Source of the DNA: Candidatus Latescibacterota bacterium
Lineage (GTDB): Bacteria; Latescibacterota; UBA2968; UBA8231
Reading direction: 5' to 3'
NCBI GenBank assembly: GCA_965204725.1
Contig: OZ242005.1
Location: forward strand, 3,584,001 to 3,648,000
Length of the DNA stretch: 64,000 bases
In this document: piece after piece, positions 18,218-32,413 of the stretch
Position numbering within the stretch: the stretch's first letter is position 1
Layout: every line of letters begins with the position of its first letter
Made by a program: the position numbers and the translations under genes
The notes under the pieces: generated by a model
What the model was told of the DNA's origin: nothing
The model's database searches: none
Seen by the model: the letters and a program-made list of their open reading frames with translations, nothing else

Positions 18218-19327
18218 TTATTTCTGCAACAGACTCTCTTGATTGTCCAGAGCAAAAAAGTGGGCTTTGTCTATCTCAACGGCCAATTTTACCGTTTGAT
18301 CAACCTGCGGCATGTGCAGCGGATCGACGCGGGCGACGAAAGCGGTCTTGCCGGTGGTCAGGTTGAGGAAAACTTCGTTGCCCATGGGCTCGACCACTTC
18401 GACTTTGGCCGCGATTTCGACCGTCTCGACGTTGCGGCCAATGGTATCCGGGTCGTGGATGTCTTCCGGGCGGATGCCCAACGTCACTTCCCGACCCAAG
18501 TAGCTGCCTAGCTGTTGGCCGTGGTCGGTGGGCAAGGCGAGCTGCACATTGCCTTCGTCGAAGACCAGACCGCTGCCGTTGGCGGACAGCTTGCCGCGGA
18601 TGAAGTTCATGGAGGGGCTGCCGATAAAGCCGGCGACGAACTGGTTGACGGGTTTGTTGTAGAGATGGAGGGGCTTGTCAATCTGCTGGATTAGGCCATC
18701 GCGCATGACCACGATGCGGTCTCCCATGGTCATGGCCTCGACTTGGTCGTGCGTCACGTACACCATGGTGGCCCCTAGGCGGGTGTGCAACTTACTGATC
18801 TCGGTGCGCATCTGCACCCTTAGCTTGGCGTCGAGGTTGGAGAGCGGTTCGTCAAAGAGGAATACCTTGGGCTTGCGGACGATGGCGCGCCCCACCGCCA
18901 CGCGCTGGCGCTGACCTCCCGAAAGCGCTTTGGGTTTGCGCTCTAGCAGGTCTTGGATGCCGAGTATATCGGCCGCTTCTTGCACCCGCGCCTCAATCTC
19001 GTCTTTGGGATATTTCCGCAGTTTGAGCCCAAAGGCCATGTTTTGATAGACGTTCATGTGAGGATAGAGCGCGTAGTTCTGGAAGACCATGGCGATGTCG
19101 CGGTCCTTGGGGGGGACATCGTTGACGATCGTCCCATCTATTGAAATCTCGCCGCCGGTGATTTCCTCGAGCCCGGCAATCATCCGCAGCGTCGTGGACT
19201 TGCCACAGCCCGAAGGGCCGACTAGTACCACGAATTCTTGGTCCTTGATCTCGATATTGGCGTTTTCTACCGCCACTACGTCTTTGTCGTACACCTTGCG
19301 GATATTCTTCAGAATTACTTCAGCCAT
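18218..19327 (-). CDS. Carbohydrate ABC transporter ATP-binding subunit (MalK/UgpC/MsmX family)
   Basis: [56 protein letters not shown]-terminal TOBE region. Confidence 0.95.
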   Translation of the reverse strand: MAEVILKNIRKVYDKDVVAVENANIEIKDQEFVVLVGPSGCGKSTTLRMIAGLEEITGGEISIDGTIVNDVPPKDRDIAMVFQNYALYPHMNVYQNMAFGLKLRKYPKDEIEARVQEAADILGIQDLLERKPKALSGGQRQRVAVGRAIVRKPKVFLFDEPLSNLDAKLRVQMRTEISKLHTRLGATMVYVTHDQVEAMTMGDRIVVMRDGLIQQIDKPLHLYNKPVNQFVAGFIGSPSMNFIRGKLSANGSGLVFDEGNVQLALPTDHGQQLGSYLGREVTLGIRPEDIHDPDTIGRNVETVEIAAKVEVVEPMGNEVFLNLTTGKTAFVARVDPLHMPQVDQTVKLAVEIDKAHFFALDNQESLLQK

Positions 19328-19396
19328 CGCGTCCCTCTTCTGCTGTTATGAGCTTTGGCGGTTATTTGTCGAGGAGGAGTTAGTATAATAAATAAA

Positions 19397-19852
19397 TTAC
19401 AAAATCTCTATGTTGCGTTCCATTAGAACGGCGTCGTCCGGGGGGGCTTTGTAGTACGCCGCCCGCCGCCCTACGACCCGGAACCCCGCCTTGCGGTAGA
19501 GCGCCCGTGCGGCCCGATTTGCCGCACGCACTTCAAGCACACAACAGCGAGCACCCTGCGCTGCGGCCAAGCGCAATATCCGCTCCAACAACTGCCCGGC
19601 TCGGCCCCGCTTCCGACATGCCGGATCCACCGCGAGGTTGGCGAGGTGAAAATTGCGGCCGGCAAAATAACCGAGCGCGTAGCCGATGAGTTCGCCGCGG
19701 TGCAAAAGCCCCAAACACAGGGCCTCTCTATCTGCCAGTAAATAGCAAAAATCAGCCTCGCTCCACGGATTGGCAAAAGAGCATTGCTCAATCTCCATCA
19801 AGCGCGGTAGGTGGATTGGCTCTAGCGGAACGAAGCTCCTCTCGCCGCTCAT
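19397..19852 (-). CDS. rimI: Ribosomal-protein-alanine N-acetyltransferase RimI (GNAT)
   Basis: IEQCSFANPWS, HLANLAVDPACRKRGRA, LEVRAANRAARALYRKAGF..GRRAAYY..DDAVLM; follows tsaB. Confidence 0.88.
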   Translation of the reverse strand: MSGERSFVPLEPIHLPRLMEIEQCSFANPWSEADFCYLLADREALCLGLLHRGELIGYALGYFAGRNFHLANLAVDPACRKRGRAGQLLERILRLAAAQGARCCVLEVRAANRAARALYRKAGFRVVGRRAAYYKAPPDDAVLMERNIEIL

Positions 19853-20547
19853 GCCCGCGCTAGGGGACGAGCATCGGGCGAGCGCAAGTACTCGGGTTCT
19901 ACTGAACCCAAGTCCGCAGTCTGGCTCTTTTTTAGCTTGGACAGGGCCAGCCAGCCAATCGCGCCGGCGTCGGGGCGGGCGCAGGGCAGGGGAGCAAATT
20001 GGGCGGCCGAGTTGGCGGCCAATAGCTCGCGATAGGCCGTGGCGCCGTCGCCGGTGTAAAGCGTCGCCGCGTTGGCTCGCTCTCGGGCCAACTGCGCTGG
20101 AGCGATGGCCCGGGGCGGCGCTAATTTGACCGGAACGCCCGTGGCCGTGTCGTAGAGGGCGGCATAGACTTCGCGCCGACGGGCGTCAAGGACCGCACAG
20201 ACGGGCAGGCGAGCAAAGGGCAGGCGAGCAGCGAGGGCTTCGAGCGTTGAGACGGTCACTAGATCCTTGGCCGCGGCTAAACACAAGCCCTTCGCGGCAC
20301 TCAGGCCGATCCGCAGCCCGGTAAACGACCCCGGCCCAATCGCGACCGCTACGGCCCGTACTGCCCCGACCTCCATGCCTGCGGCCTCTAGCGCTGATTC
20401 CATCTCGCTGAACAGTCGCTGTGAATGTTGCAATCCCACATCGAAATAGCGGCTGACGACGATCCCTTCTGCTGTGCAGAGTGCCACGCTGCCGACCTCG
20501 GTCGCCGTGTCCAACGCCAGAATCGCGTCGCGGCCGGGCGCGCTCAT
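19849..20547 (-). CDS. tsaB: tRNA threonylcarbamoyladenosine biosynthesis protein TsaB
   Basis: ILALDTAT, HSQRL, GPGSFTGLRIG, DARRREVY, EPEYLR; ATG 20547 overlaps the ruvB stop. Confidence 0.93.
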   Translation of the reverse strand: MSAPGRDAILALDTATEVGSVALCTAEGIVVSRYFDVGLQHSQRLFSEMESALEAAGMEVGAVRAVAVAIGPGSFTGLRIGLSAAKGLCLAAAKDLVTVSTLEALAARLPFARLPVCAVLDARRREVYAALYDTATGVPVKLAPPRAIAPAQLARERANAATLYTGDGATAYRELLAANSAAQFAPLPCARPDAGAIGWLALSKLKKSQTADLGSVEPEYLRSPDARPLARA

Positions 20548-21569
20548 AAAAGCCCCAACTGCTCGCCGGCGCTCGGCGGTGGCTTGAGGCCGAGGCGATC
20601 CCACGCGCGCGGCATGGCCATGCGGCCCTTGGGGGTGCGCTTAATAAACCCTTCCTTGATCAAATAAGGCTCGACCACTTCCTCGATGGTCTCGGCTTCC
20701 TCGCCGATTGTGGCCGCCAGATTGCTCAGGCCGACCGGGCCGCCGCTGAATTTTTCAACAACGGCCCGCAGCAACGTGATATCCATTTTGTCGAGCCCCA
20801 TCTCGTCAACATCTTGGATGACGAGTGCCTTTTGCACCACCTCGGCATCGATCTCGCTTTCTCCTTTCACTTGGGCAAAATCGCGCGCTCGGCGCAGCCA
20901 GCGCTTGGCAATCCGCGCCGTACCGCGAGAGCGGCGGGCAATTTCCATCGCGCCCGACTCTGAGACCGATAAATTCAGCAGCCGAGCGTCGCGCTTGACA
21001 ATCGCGGCGAGTTCGGCGACCGAGTAGTAGTCGAGGTGGGCATTAAGCCCAAAGCGCGCCCGCATTGGCGAAGTCAATAGGCCCTGGCGCGTCGTGGCCC
21101 CGATCAGGGTAAAAGGCTCCAGTGGTACGGTGACCGAGCGGGCGGCCGGGCCTTGGTCGATGATGATGTCAATTTTGAAGTCTTCCATCGCCGAGTACAG
21201 GTATTCCTCAACCACGCGGTTGACGCGGTGAACCTCGTCGATGAAGAGCACATCGCGTGGCTCTAGGGTCGTGAGCATGCCTGCCAAGTCGCTCGGACGC
21301 TCGAGTAACGGCCCTGAAGTGGGATAGATTTCAACGCCTAGCTCTTTGGCAACCACGTAAGAAAGCGTCGTCTTGCCCAGACCGGGCGGACCGTATAGCA
21401 GCACGTGATCCATGGCTTCGCCGCGCTGCCGAGCGGCTTCAATGGCAATGCCTAGCTGCTGCTTGGTTTTGTCTTGACCCAGCATCTCGGCCAGAGACTG
21501 AGGACGCAGCGTATGGTCGAACTGCAGGTCGTCGTCTCCGCCACTAGGATCTACGGGGCGATGGTCCAT
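20544..21569 (-). CDS. ruvB: Holliday junction branch migration helicase RuvB
   Basis: LRPQSL, DHVLLYGPPGLGKTT, FIDEVHR, LYSAMEDF, FTLIGATTR, EPYL..GFIKRTPKGR. Confidence 0.97.
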   Translation of the reverse strand: MDHRPVDPSGGDDDLQFDHTLRPQSLAEMLGQDKTKQQLGIAIEAARQRGEAMDHVLLYGPPGLGKTTLSYVVAKELGVEIYPTSGPLLERPSDLAGMLTTLEPRDVLFIDEVHRVNRVVEEYLYSAMEDFKIDIIIDQGPAARSVTVPLEPFTLIGATTRQGLLTSPMRARFGLNAHLDYYSVAELAAIVKRDARLLNLSVSESGAMEIARRSRGTARIAKRWLRRARDFAQVKGESEIDAEVVQKALVIQDVDEMGLDKMDITLLRAVVEKFSGGPVGLSNLAATIGEEAETIEEVVEPYLIKEGFIKRTPKGRMAMPRAWDRLGLKPPPSAGEQLGLL

Positions 21570-21579
21570 AGCCGAGCTT

Positions 21580-22170
21580 TCAGCGCTCCCTGAGTGCCAG
21601 TCTGATTAGCTGCTCCACGCTCAGGTCGGTGCCGTGCTTTTCGACGGCCTTGTGCACCGCTTGGCGAGCAGCAGGTGCTGCGTACCCCAACGCCATTAGT
21701 GCCCTTGCCGCCTCCTCGCTCGCGTCAAGTTTGGCCTCCGAGGCCGCTTCGCCGGCCGCCGGGACACTCACGCGGATCTTGTCCTTTAGATCGAGCACCA
21801 AGCGTTCCGCCGTCTTGCGACCAATGCCCTTGATCGCCGTCAATTCGGCTACGCGCTCCTGTAAGATGGCCTCCTGCAAACCGCGCAGGGTCATGCCCGA
21901 CAGCACGGTCAACGCCGAATGAGGGCCGATGCCCGAAACGCCGATCAGCAACTCGAAGGTCGCCCGCTCTTCCTCATCGGCAAAGCCGAAAAGTTCCATG
22001 CGGTCTTCGCGCACGTAGAGATAAGTAGATAAATGGACCGCCTCAGAGGCTGGGGGTAGTTGGTCGGAAGTTGTCAGGGATATGGCCAAGCCATAACCCA
22101 CGCCCCCGACATCGATGACGGCATGGGTAGGAGATTTAGACCGGAGTGTTCCGCGCAGATGGGTTATCAC
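21580..22170 (-). CDS. ruvA: Holliday junction branch migration protein RuvA
   Basis: (M)ITHLRGTL, DVGGVGY, VRED..LFGF, LIGVSGIGP, IKGIGRKTAERLVLDLKDK, ALMALGY; start set at GTG 22170. Confidence 0.95.
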   Translation of the reverse strand: MITHLRGTLRSKSPTHAVIDVGGVGYGLAISLTTSDQLPPASEAVHLSTYLYVREDRMELFGFADEEERATFELLIGVSGIGPHSALTVLSGMTLRGLQEAILQERVAELTAIKGIGRKTAERLVLDLKDKIRVSVPAAGEAASEAKLDASEEAARALMALGYAAPAARQAVHKAVEKHGTDLSVEQLIRLALRER

Positions 22171-22178
22171 GGAGATAC

Positions 22179-22718
22179 CTAACGCCGGACCATGCGGCTG
22201 AGCAAGGCTTCTACCTCGGGTTTGCGCTGCCCTCGGCTCTCGCGTAAGACCCGACCGGACTGCTGGGTGTGGCATAGCGCGATAGCCAAGGCGTCTGACG
22301 CATCGAAGGGCTTGGGCCGTTCTTTCAGACCCAAGGTGCGGGCTACCATGAACTGGACCTGTTGCTTGGTCGCTTGGCCATTCCCGGTCACCGATCTTTT
22401 AACCATCGTCGGCGCATAGTGGGCAATGGGCAAGCCGGCTTTGCGCATGGCGATGATCAGGCCCCCTCTCGCTTGGCCCAGCTTGGCCACCGCTTTGGCG
22501 TCCTTGCCGAAGAACGTGGTTTCGAGTGCCCCCTCGTCTGGGGCGTATTCGCCGATGAGCCGCGTCATCTCGTCAAACATGTAAACCAGCCGATCCTCAA
22601 ACTCACCTTCCCGAGGGCGGATACAGCCACAGGCAACATAGCGGGCCTTGCGCTTGCTATATTCGACGAAGCCGTAGCCAGTGCTCGTGCTGCTAGGATC
22701 TACGCCAAGAACGAGCAA
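22179..22718 (-). CDS. ruvC: Holliday junction resolvase RuvC
   Basis: VLGVDPS..TGYG, LETTFF, LGQARG, VKRSVTGNGQATKQQV, DASDALAIALCH. Confidence 0.95.
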   Translation of the reverse strand: MLVLGVDPSSTSTGYGFVEYSKRKARYVACGCIRPREGEFEDRLVYMFDEMTRLIGEYAPDEGALETTFFGKDAKAVAKLGQARGGLIIAMRKAGLPIAHYAPTMVKRSVTGNGQATKQQVQFMVARTLGLKERPKPFDASDALAIALCHTQQSGRVLRESRGQRKPEVEALLSRMVRR

Positions 22719-22730
22719 AGCGAAGCCCCC

Positions 22731-23489
22731 CTAGGCCTGAGCTATAAGTTTTTCGAGCTCGTCTTCTTGGAGATCGAAATTGGAAAAAACCTTCTGTACG
22801 TCGTCTATATCCTCCAATGCCTCGATGAGGCGGATGATTTTCTCGGCCTCTTCGCCTCGTACTTCGAGCACATTTTCGCTTTTGGGCGTCCAAGCCAATG
22901 TCGCCCGGGCAAAGGCAATGCCGTGGTCCTCCAGTGCCTTTTTAACCGGCTCCAAGTCGGCAACCGGGGTCATTACTTCGTGGACTTGGTCTCCGTCCAG
23001 AATGTCCTCGCCCCCCGCATCTACGACCGCCAATAGGAGGTCGTCTTCGGAAACATCGGCCTTGTCCACTTCGATAAGGCCCTTGTGTTCAAACATCCAA
23101 GCTACCGCTCCGCTCTCTGCGAGATTGCCGTTGTACTTAGTGAATACGTGGCGGATTTCGGAAACCGTGCGGTTGCGGTTGTCCGATAGGGTTTCGACTA
23201 TGATGGCCACCCCACCGGGGCCATAGCCTTCAAAGAGCCCTTCCTCGTATATCACCCCCGGCTCGTCGCCGGTACCGCGGCGTATGGCGCGCTCAATTGT
23301 TGCCGCGGGCATATTGGCCGCTTTGGCATTCTGGACTGCCGTGCGGAGGCTCGGGTTGGTCGCCTCGTCGCCTCCGCTACGGGCAGCCACGGAAAGCTCG
23401 CGGATCAACTTCGTAAAAATCTTGCCGCGCTTGGCGTCGTTAGCACCTTTTTTGCGCTTGATCGTACTCCATTTGGAGTGGCCGGACAT
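22731..23489 (-). CDS. yebC: YebC/PmpR family protein
   Basis: MSGHSKWSTIKRKKG..DAKRGKIFTKL, EGYGPGGVA, DNRNRT, LEDIDDVQKVFSN; canonical start at 23489. Confidence 0.95.
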   Translation of the reverse strand: MSGHSKWSTIKRKKGANDAKRGKIFTKLIRELSVAARSGGDEATNPSLRTAVQNAKAANMPAATIERAIRRGTGDEPGVIYEEGLFEGYGPGGVAIIVETLSDNRNRTVSEIRHVFTKYNGNLAESGAVAWMFEHKGLIEVDKADVSEDDLLLAVVDAGGEDILDGDQVHEVMTPVADLEPVKKALEDHGIAFARATLAWTPKSENVLEVRGEEAEKIIRLIEALEDIDDVQKVFSNFDLQEDELEKLIAQA

Positions 23490-23543
23490 CGGCTTTATCC
23501 CTTTTCTTATGACGATATTAAGATAAAAAAACCCACGCAATCC

Positions 23544-23584
23544 AAAAAGCAAAGGGCCGCCGACCGCTTGGCCGACCGCCCTTC
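23544..23584 (-). terminator. Possible intrinsic terminator after the EF-G paralog
   Basis: Minus strand AAGGGC...GCCCTTTGCTTTTT: an imperfect GC stem followed by a U-rich tail. Confidence 0.4.
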
Positions 23585-23606
23585 ACAACGAGTAAAAGCA
23601 AGTCGC

Positions 23607-25676
23607 TTACGCTGCTTCTTTGCCTTTGTCTTTCTGCGAACTCTCGATGATTTTAGCCATGATGTCCCCGGGTACGTCCTCGTAGCGGTCGAATCTCTGC
23701 GCGTGGAATCCCTTGCCCTGCGTCATTGAGCGTAGAAACGTCGCGTAACGGTCTATTTCGGCCAAAGGAGCTTCGGCGTGGATGACTTGGAAATGGCCCG
23801 CTACGTCCATACCGCTAATCCGCCCCCGCCGCGACGAGAGATCGCCCATTACGTCTCCCATAAATTCCTCGGGCACTGTAATCTCTAGCTGATAAATCGG
23901 TTCTAGCAGGATCGGTTTGGCTTTGAGGAAGGCGTCCTTGAAGGCGTGGGAACTGGCTAGCTTAAAAGAAACTTCGTCCGAGTCAACTGGGTGGTGCTTA
24001 CCGTCGTATACAGTAACAGCCACATCGACGACTTGGTAGCCGGCCACCGGCCCCTGGCTCAGCGTCTCGACGATGCCCTTCTCCACCGCAGGAATGAAGT
24101 TGCTCGGGATATTGCCGCCGACGACCTCGTTGAGAAACTCAAAACCTTCACCGCGCCTCTTGGGAGCAATGCGTAGCAACACTTCGCCAAACTGCCCCCG
24201 TCCGCCCGACTGCTTCTTGTGCCGGTATTGCGCGTCGGCGTTGCCGCGGATCGTTTCTCGATAAGGAATCCGCGGCACCTCCATATCAATCTCCACGCTA
24301 AAGCGCTTTTTCAGGCGACTAATGATCGTTTCCAGATGCAACTCGCCTTGGGTAAGGAGAATCGTTTGGCCGACCTCGCCGTCGTATTTTCGGATGAAGC
24401 TCGGATCTTCCTCGTGCAACTGAGAAAGCCCGGTAGCAACGCGATCCTCGCCGCCTTGCTCCTTGGCGTGGATAGCCACGCGAATTAGCGGCTCGGGGAA
24501 TTCAATGCCCGGAAGTTGTAGCGACTCGCCCTTGGCGCAAAGCGTATCGGCCGTATGGGTGTCTTTGAGTTTGACTAAGGCGACGATATCGCCAGCCTCG
24601 GCACTTTCGACTTCGGTGCGCCTATTGCCGTTGAGGTGGTAGATTTGACCGATGCGCTCAGTGGTTCGATTGCTTGAGTTGGCCACTTCGTCGCCGGGCT
24701 TGAGCACTCCAGAGAAGAGGCGCAGCAGAGAAAGCTCACCTACGTGCTGTTCAGCCAAGGTCTTGAACACCAGAGCAGCCAAGGGCGCAGTAGCGGTACC
24801 TGCAAGCTCAACCTCCTGTTTCTCGCCATCTTGGAACCTGAGTCCTGCTGCTTCGGCCGGCGACGGCCCGTATTGTACCAAGGCGTCCAGCAGCCGATCG
24901 ATGCCGACGTTATTGTACGCATCGCCGAAAAAGACCGGAAAAATTTCGAGCCGTAATACGGCCTGGCGCAGGCCAGCAACCATATCTTCTGTGGTCAATT
25001 CGCCCTCGCTAAAATACTTCTCCATCAATTTTTCGTCGGTCTCGGCGATGGATTCTACCAGTTGCTCGTGCAACTCTTCGGCGCGACTCTGTACTTCGGC
25101 CGGTATGTCTCCTTCAGTGGCTTTGCCATCTTGGTACGCATAGCCTCTCATGGTAACCAAATCGACAATATGATTGAAGCCCTCATTGGGGTTTACCGCC
25201 ATTTGCAAAGGCACGACTTGGCGCCCGAAACGCTCTTGAACCATTTCTAAGACTTGGTCGGCGTCCGCATCGGCGCGGTCCATCTTGTTGATGAATAGTA
25301 CCCGGGGCAAATTGTAATCGGCCGCAAAATTCCAAGTCCGCTCGGTGCCAATCTCTACTCCGGTAATCGAATCAACGACAGCGACTGCCGCGTCGGACAC
25401 GCGCAGTGCCGCCTTGGCCTCGGAGATAAAATCTGCATAGCCCGGCGTATCAATTATGTTGAGTTGGTGATCCTGCCAGTGACCATTTAGCAAAGAGACC
25501 TTCAGCGAAATCTGACGCTCAATCTCGGCCGAATCGCAATCTGATGTCGTCGTCCCGTCGTCAATGCGTCCCAAGCGGTTTACGACGCCCATGTTGAATA
25601 ACATTGCCTCCGACAGTGCTGTTTTGCCCGCGCCGCTATGGCCACACAGCGAAAAATTCCTAGTTTGTTCGCTCAA
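23607..25676 (-). CDS. fusA: Elongation factor G paralog (EF-G II-like)
   Basis: GHSGAGKT, DTPGYADF, NKMD, PYRETI, KKQSGGRGQFG, DGKHHPVDS, LRSMTQG; G2 reads ERQISL rather than ERGITI; TTG start with SD AGGAGG. Confidence 0.9.
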   Translation of the reverse strand: MSEQTRNFSLCGHSGAGKTALSEAMLFNMGVVNRLGRIDDGTTTSDCDSAEIERQISLKVSLLNGHWQDHQLNIIDTPGYADFISEAKAALRVSDAAVAVVDSITGVEIGTERTWNFAADYNLPRVLFINKMDRADADADQVLEMVQERFGRQVVPLQMAVNPNEGFNHIVDLVTMRGYAYQDGKATEGDIPAEVQSRAEELHEQLVESIAETDEKLMEKYFSEGELTTEDMVAGLRQAVLRLEIFPVFFGDAYNNVGIDRLLDALVQYGPSPAEAAGLRFQDGEKQEVELAGTATAPLAALVFKTLAEQHVGELSLLRLFSGVLKPGDEVANSSNRTTERIGQIYHLNGNRRTEVESAEAGDIVALVKLKDTHTADTLCAKGESLQLPGIEFPEPLIRVAIHAKEQGGEDRVATGLSQLHEEDPSFIRKYDGEVGQTILLTQGELHLETIISRLKKRFSVEIDMEVPRIPYRETIRGNADAQYRHKKQSGGRGQFGEVLLRIAPKRRGEGFEFLNEVVGGNIPSNFIPAVEKGIVETLSQGPVAGYQVVDVAVTVYDGKHHPVDSDEVSFKLASSHAFKDAFLKAKPILLEPIYQLEITVPEEFMGDVMGDLSSRRGRISGMDVAGHFQVIHAEAPLAEIDRYATFLRSMTQGKGFHAQRFDRYEDVPGDIMAKIIESSQKDKGKEAA

Positions 25677-25706
25677 TTTGACCCCTCCTGAATTAAGAGA
25701 AGTGCT

Positions 25707-25736
25707 TAATTAATTGGGCCGCCTTAGCGTTGTCAA
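25707..25736 (-). promoter_or_regulatory. Putative sigma70 promoter for the EF-G paralog
   Basis: Perfect TTGACA (25731-25736) followed 17-18 nt later by AT-rich TTAATT/TAATTA, just past the rRNA terminator. Confidence 0.45.
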
Positions 25737-25755
25737 GATATTTCCATAAAGACAC

Positions 25756-25786
25756 AAAAAAAGCCCACCCCTAAAGAGGTGGGCTT
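25756..25786 (-). terminator. rRNA operon intrinsic terminator
   Basis: AAGCCCACC-loop-GGTGGGCTT hairpin followed by a T-tract on the minus strand, about 15 nt past the 5S 3' end. Confidence 0.85.
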
Positions 25787-25801
25787 CAAAACAATAAAAA
25801 A

Positions 25802-25917
25802 TCCGGCGGCGTCCTACTCTCCCACTAGGCGACCCAGCAGTACCATCGGCGCAAGAGGGCTTAACGGCTCTGTTCGGAATGGGAAGAGGTGTTTCCCCTC
25901 CGCTATGACCACCGGAA
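25802..25917 (-). rRNA. rrf: 5S rRNA
   Basis: TCCGGTGGTCATAGCG..CCCATTCCGAAC..GTTAAGC..GCCGATGGTACT..GGGAGAGTAGG..CCGCCGGA; the ends pair. Confidence 0.95.
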
Positions 25918-25997
25918 AACTTAAATTCTCTTCAACAACCGAATACAGGCCCATACCAAAAGTGATGCAAAACTCCAGTATTGCTGCGACAATAAAT

Positions 25998-29023
<3,026 letters not shown>

Positions 29024-29139
29024 AAAATCACTGTCACAACACTACTAGAGGTATGCATCACGGTGTATCGAGTAGTAAGCACATAACGCACTTCCACTCG
29101 GTAAACCTTGATTATTAACTGATATGAACCTGTATTCGA

Positions 29140-29152
29140 TTGTCAAAGAGCA
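29140..29152 (-). promoter_or_regulatory. Spacer boxA antitermination site
   Basis: TGCTCTTTGACAA between tRNA-Ile and 23S (consensus TGCTCTTTAACA); a related TGATCTTTGAAAA lies in the leader at 30968-30980. Confidence 0.7.
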
Positions 29153-29163
29153 AAAAGCCTGAA

Positions 29164-29240
<77 letters not shown>

Positions 29241-29329
29241 GAAAATCGAATAACGCACATGAAGGGAGGTCGAAAAGTAAAACATTGACCTAGGCGGATA
29301 ATGTCAGGAGCCTAAACTCCCAATAATCC

Positions 29330-30893
<1,564 letters not shown>

Positions 30894-30947
30894 AAAAATT
30901 TGATTACTACTTTTTGATTCTGAAAATCCAAGCTCTTCGACGCTGGA

Positions 30948-30972
30948 CCCTCATGTACGTTATTCGATTTTC
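30948..30972 (-). other. 5' arm of the 16S processing (RNase III-type) stem; pairs with 29241-29266
   Basis: Leader GAAAATCGAATAACGTACATGAGGG is complementary to spacer CCCTTCATGTGCGTTATTCGATTTTC; the analogous 23S arms are 29129-29143 and 25935-25949. Confidence 0.75.
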
Positions 30973-31010
30973 AAAGATCAATATTGCTCAGGTATCGAGC
31001 GTAACTGTTA

Positions 31011-31039
31011 AAACTATTCTCCAATTCCCTCTCTGTCAA
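31011..31039 (-). promoter_or_regulatory. rRNA operon sigma70 promoter
   Basis: TTGACA (31034-31039), 17-nt spacer, TAGTTT (31011-31016), upstream of the leader boxA. Confidence 0.7.
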
Positions 31040-31097
31040 GAGGAGAGGCAAAATATCGGCACTAAAGGCAGTATCAATACAACGCTCCCATATCAAA

Positions 31098-32336
31098 TCA
31101 ACCCCAGCTAGCGGCTCCCTTCAATTCGCCTTGCCTTTCTAGGGCAATATGCTCAAAGTAACCGCTGCGATGATAGGCCCCCAAGGGATCGGCTTCGGCC
31201 CCCAGTTCCCGGCGCACAACCGCCAGCAAGGACCGCACATCAGTGTCGTAGGCATTGCGCAAAACTTCTTCGCATCCCACTGCGTCGTCCTCCGCCTGAG
31301 CCTCAGCTAGTGCCGTGCGGTCAACCAGCAATGCACGGGCATAGGCCATCTGGATATTGAGCACTGACTGGATCATCGCCTCGACTTTGGGCTTGATAAT
31401 ATGACTTTGGTCAATCATGTAGGCAATATTAGCCGCTGCGGCACCGCGCCGCTCAGCGTTGAGGATCTCGTGGTAAATCAGGAAGACCTCATAGAGGTTG
31501 ACCGAGCCGGTCGTCACATCGTCATCGGCGTATTTGCGATTATTGAAGTGAAACCCTCCCATTCGCCCCTCGTCGAGGAGTAGGGCCACAAGATGCTCAA
31601 TATTGGTAGAAAGGGGATGATGCCCTAGATCAACCAGCACTTCGGCCTTAGTCCCAGCCTTAATGGCGAAATTTAGTGCCATACCCCAGTCGGCAATGTC
31701 AGTATGGTAAAACGCTGGCTCAAAGAATTTGTACTCTATGAGCATCCGCGCCCCTTCGGGCAGCATGGCGTGCGTCTCACTCAGACACTCCTCAAACCGC
31801 CGCTTGCGTTCGACGATATCGTCCTGTCCTGGGTAGTTCGTACCGTCGGCAAACCAAAGGCTCAGTACTGTGGACCCTGTCTGCTGCATGATATCTATGC
31901 ACTCATGAATATGAGCGAGTGCTTTGCGACGCACAGCCGGGTCCCGATGGCCGAAACTGCCCAATTTGTATTCAGGCTCTTGGAAGACATTGGGATTGAT
32001 CGCCCCAACGCACAAACCCAATTCCGTCGCTTCTTGTCGCAGGGCATCGTAGTCATCCACCTTATCCCAAGGGATGTGCAAAGCCACGCCGGGACAAACG
32101 CCCGTCATCTTATGCACTTGGGCCGCGTCGGAAAGCCGCTCGTGGACGTCGCGAGCGGCACCAGGCTGCTTGAAAACGCCAAAGCGCGTCCCAGAATTGC
32201 CATATCCCCAAGAGGGCGTCTCAATCTCTTGGGCTTTGAGCTTGGCTTTGACTGCTTCTACTTCTATCCCTTGACTTGAGAGCATCTCAGCTAAAGCTGC
32301 GAATTGGTCTTCTATATTATGCTCTGGAATTCCCAT
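31098..32336 (-). CDS. rhaI: L-rhamnose isomerase (RhaI type, xylose-isomerase-like TIM barrel)
   Basis: [78 protein letters not shown]. Confidence 0.88.
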   Translation of the reverse strand: MGIPEHNIEDQFAALAEMLSSQGIEVEAVKAKLKAQEIETPSWGYGNSGTRFGVFKQPGAARDVHERLSDAAQVHKMTGVCPGVALHIPWDKVDDYDALRQEATELGLCVGAINPNVFQEPEYKLGSFGHRDPAVRRKALAHIHECIDIMQQTGSTVLSLWFADGTNYPGQDDIVERKRRFEECLSETHAMLPEGARMLIEYKFFEPAFYHTDIADWGMALNFAIKAGTKAEVLVDLGHHPLSTNIEHLVALLLDEGRMGGFHFNNRKYADDDVTTGSVNLYEVFLIYHEILNAERRGAAAANIAYMIDQSHIIKPKVEAMIQSVLNIQMAYARALLVDRTALAEAQAEDDAVGCEEVLRNAYDTDVRSLLAVVRRELGAEADPLGAYHRSGYFEHIALERQGELKGAASWG

Positions 32337-32413
32337 TCTGCGTCTCCTGCAATTATCGGGCAGTCGGGACGGCGGTTAAGCTCAGCCGTTGCGGTCCGCG
32401 CCCGCGCTTGCTC

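Noticed and set aside
31028-31048. Inverted repeat CCTCTC...GAGAGG around the rrn -35 box as a terminator or operator
   Set aside because: Only 6-bp arms, no U-tract and low complexity, so it cannot be supported.
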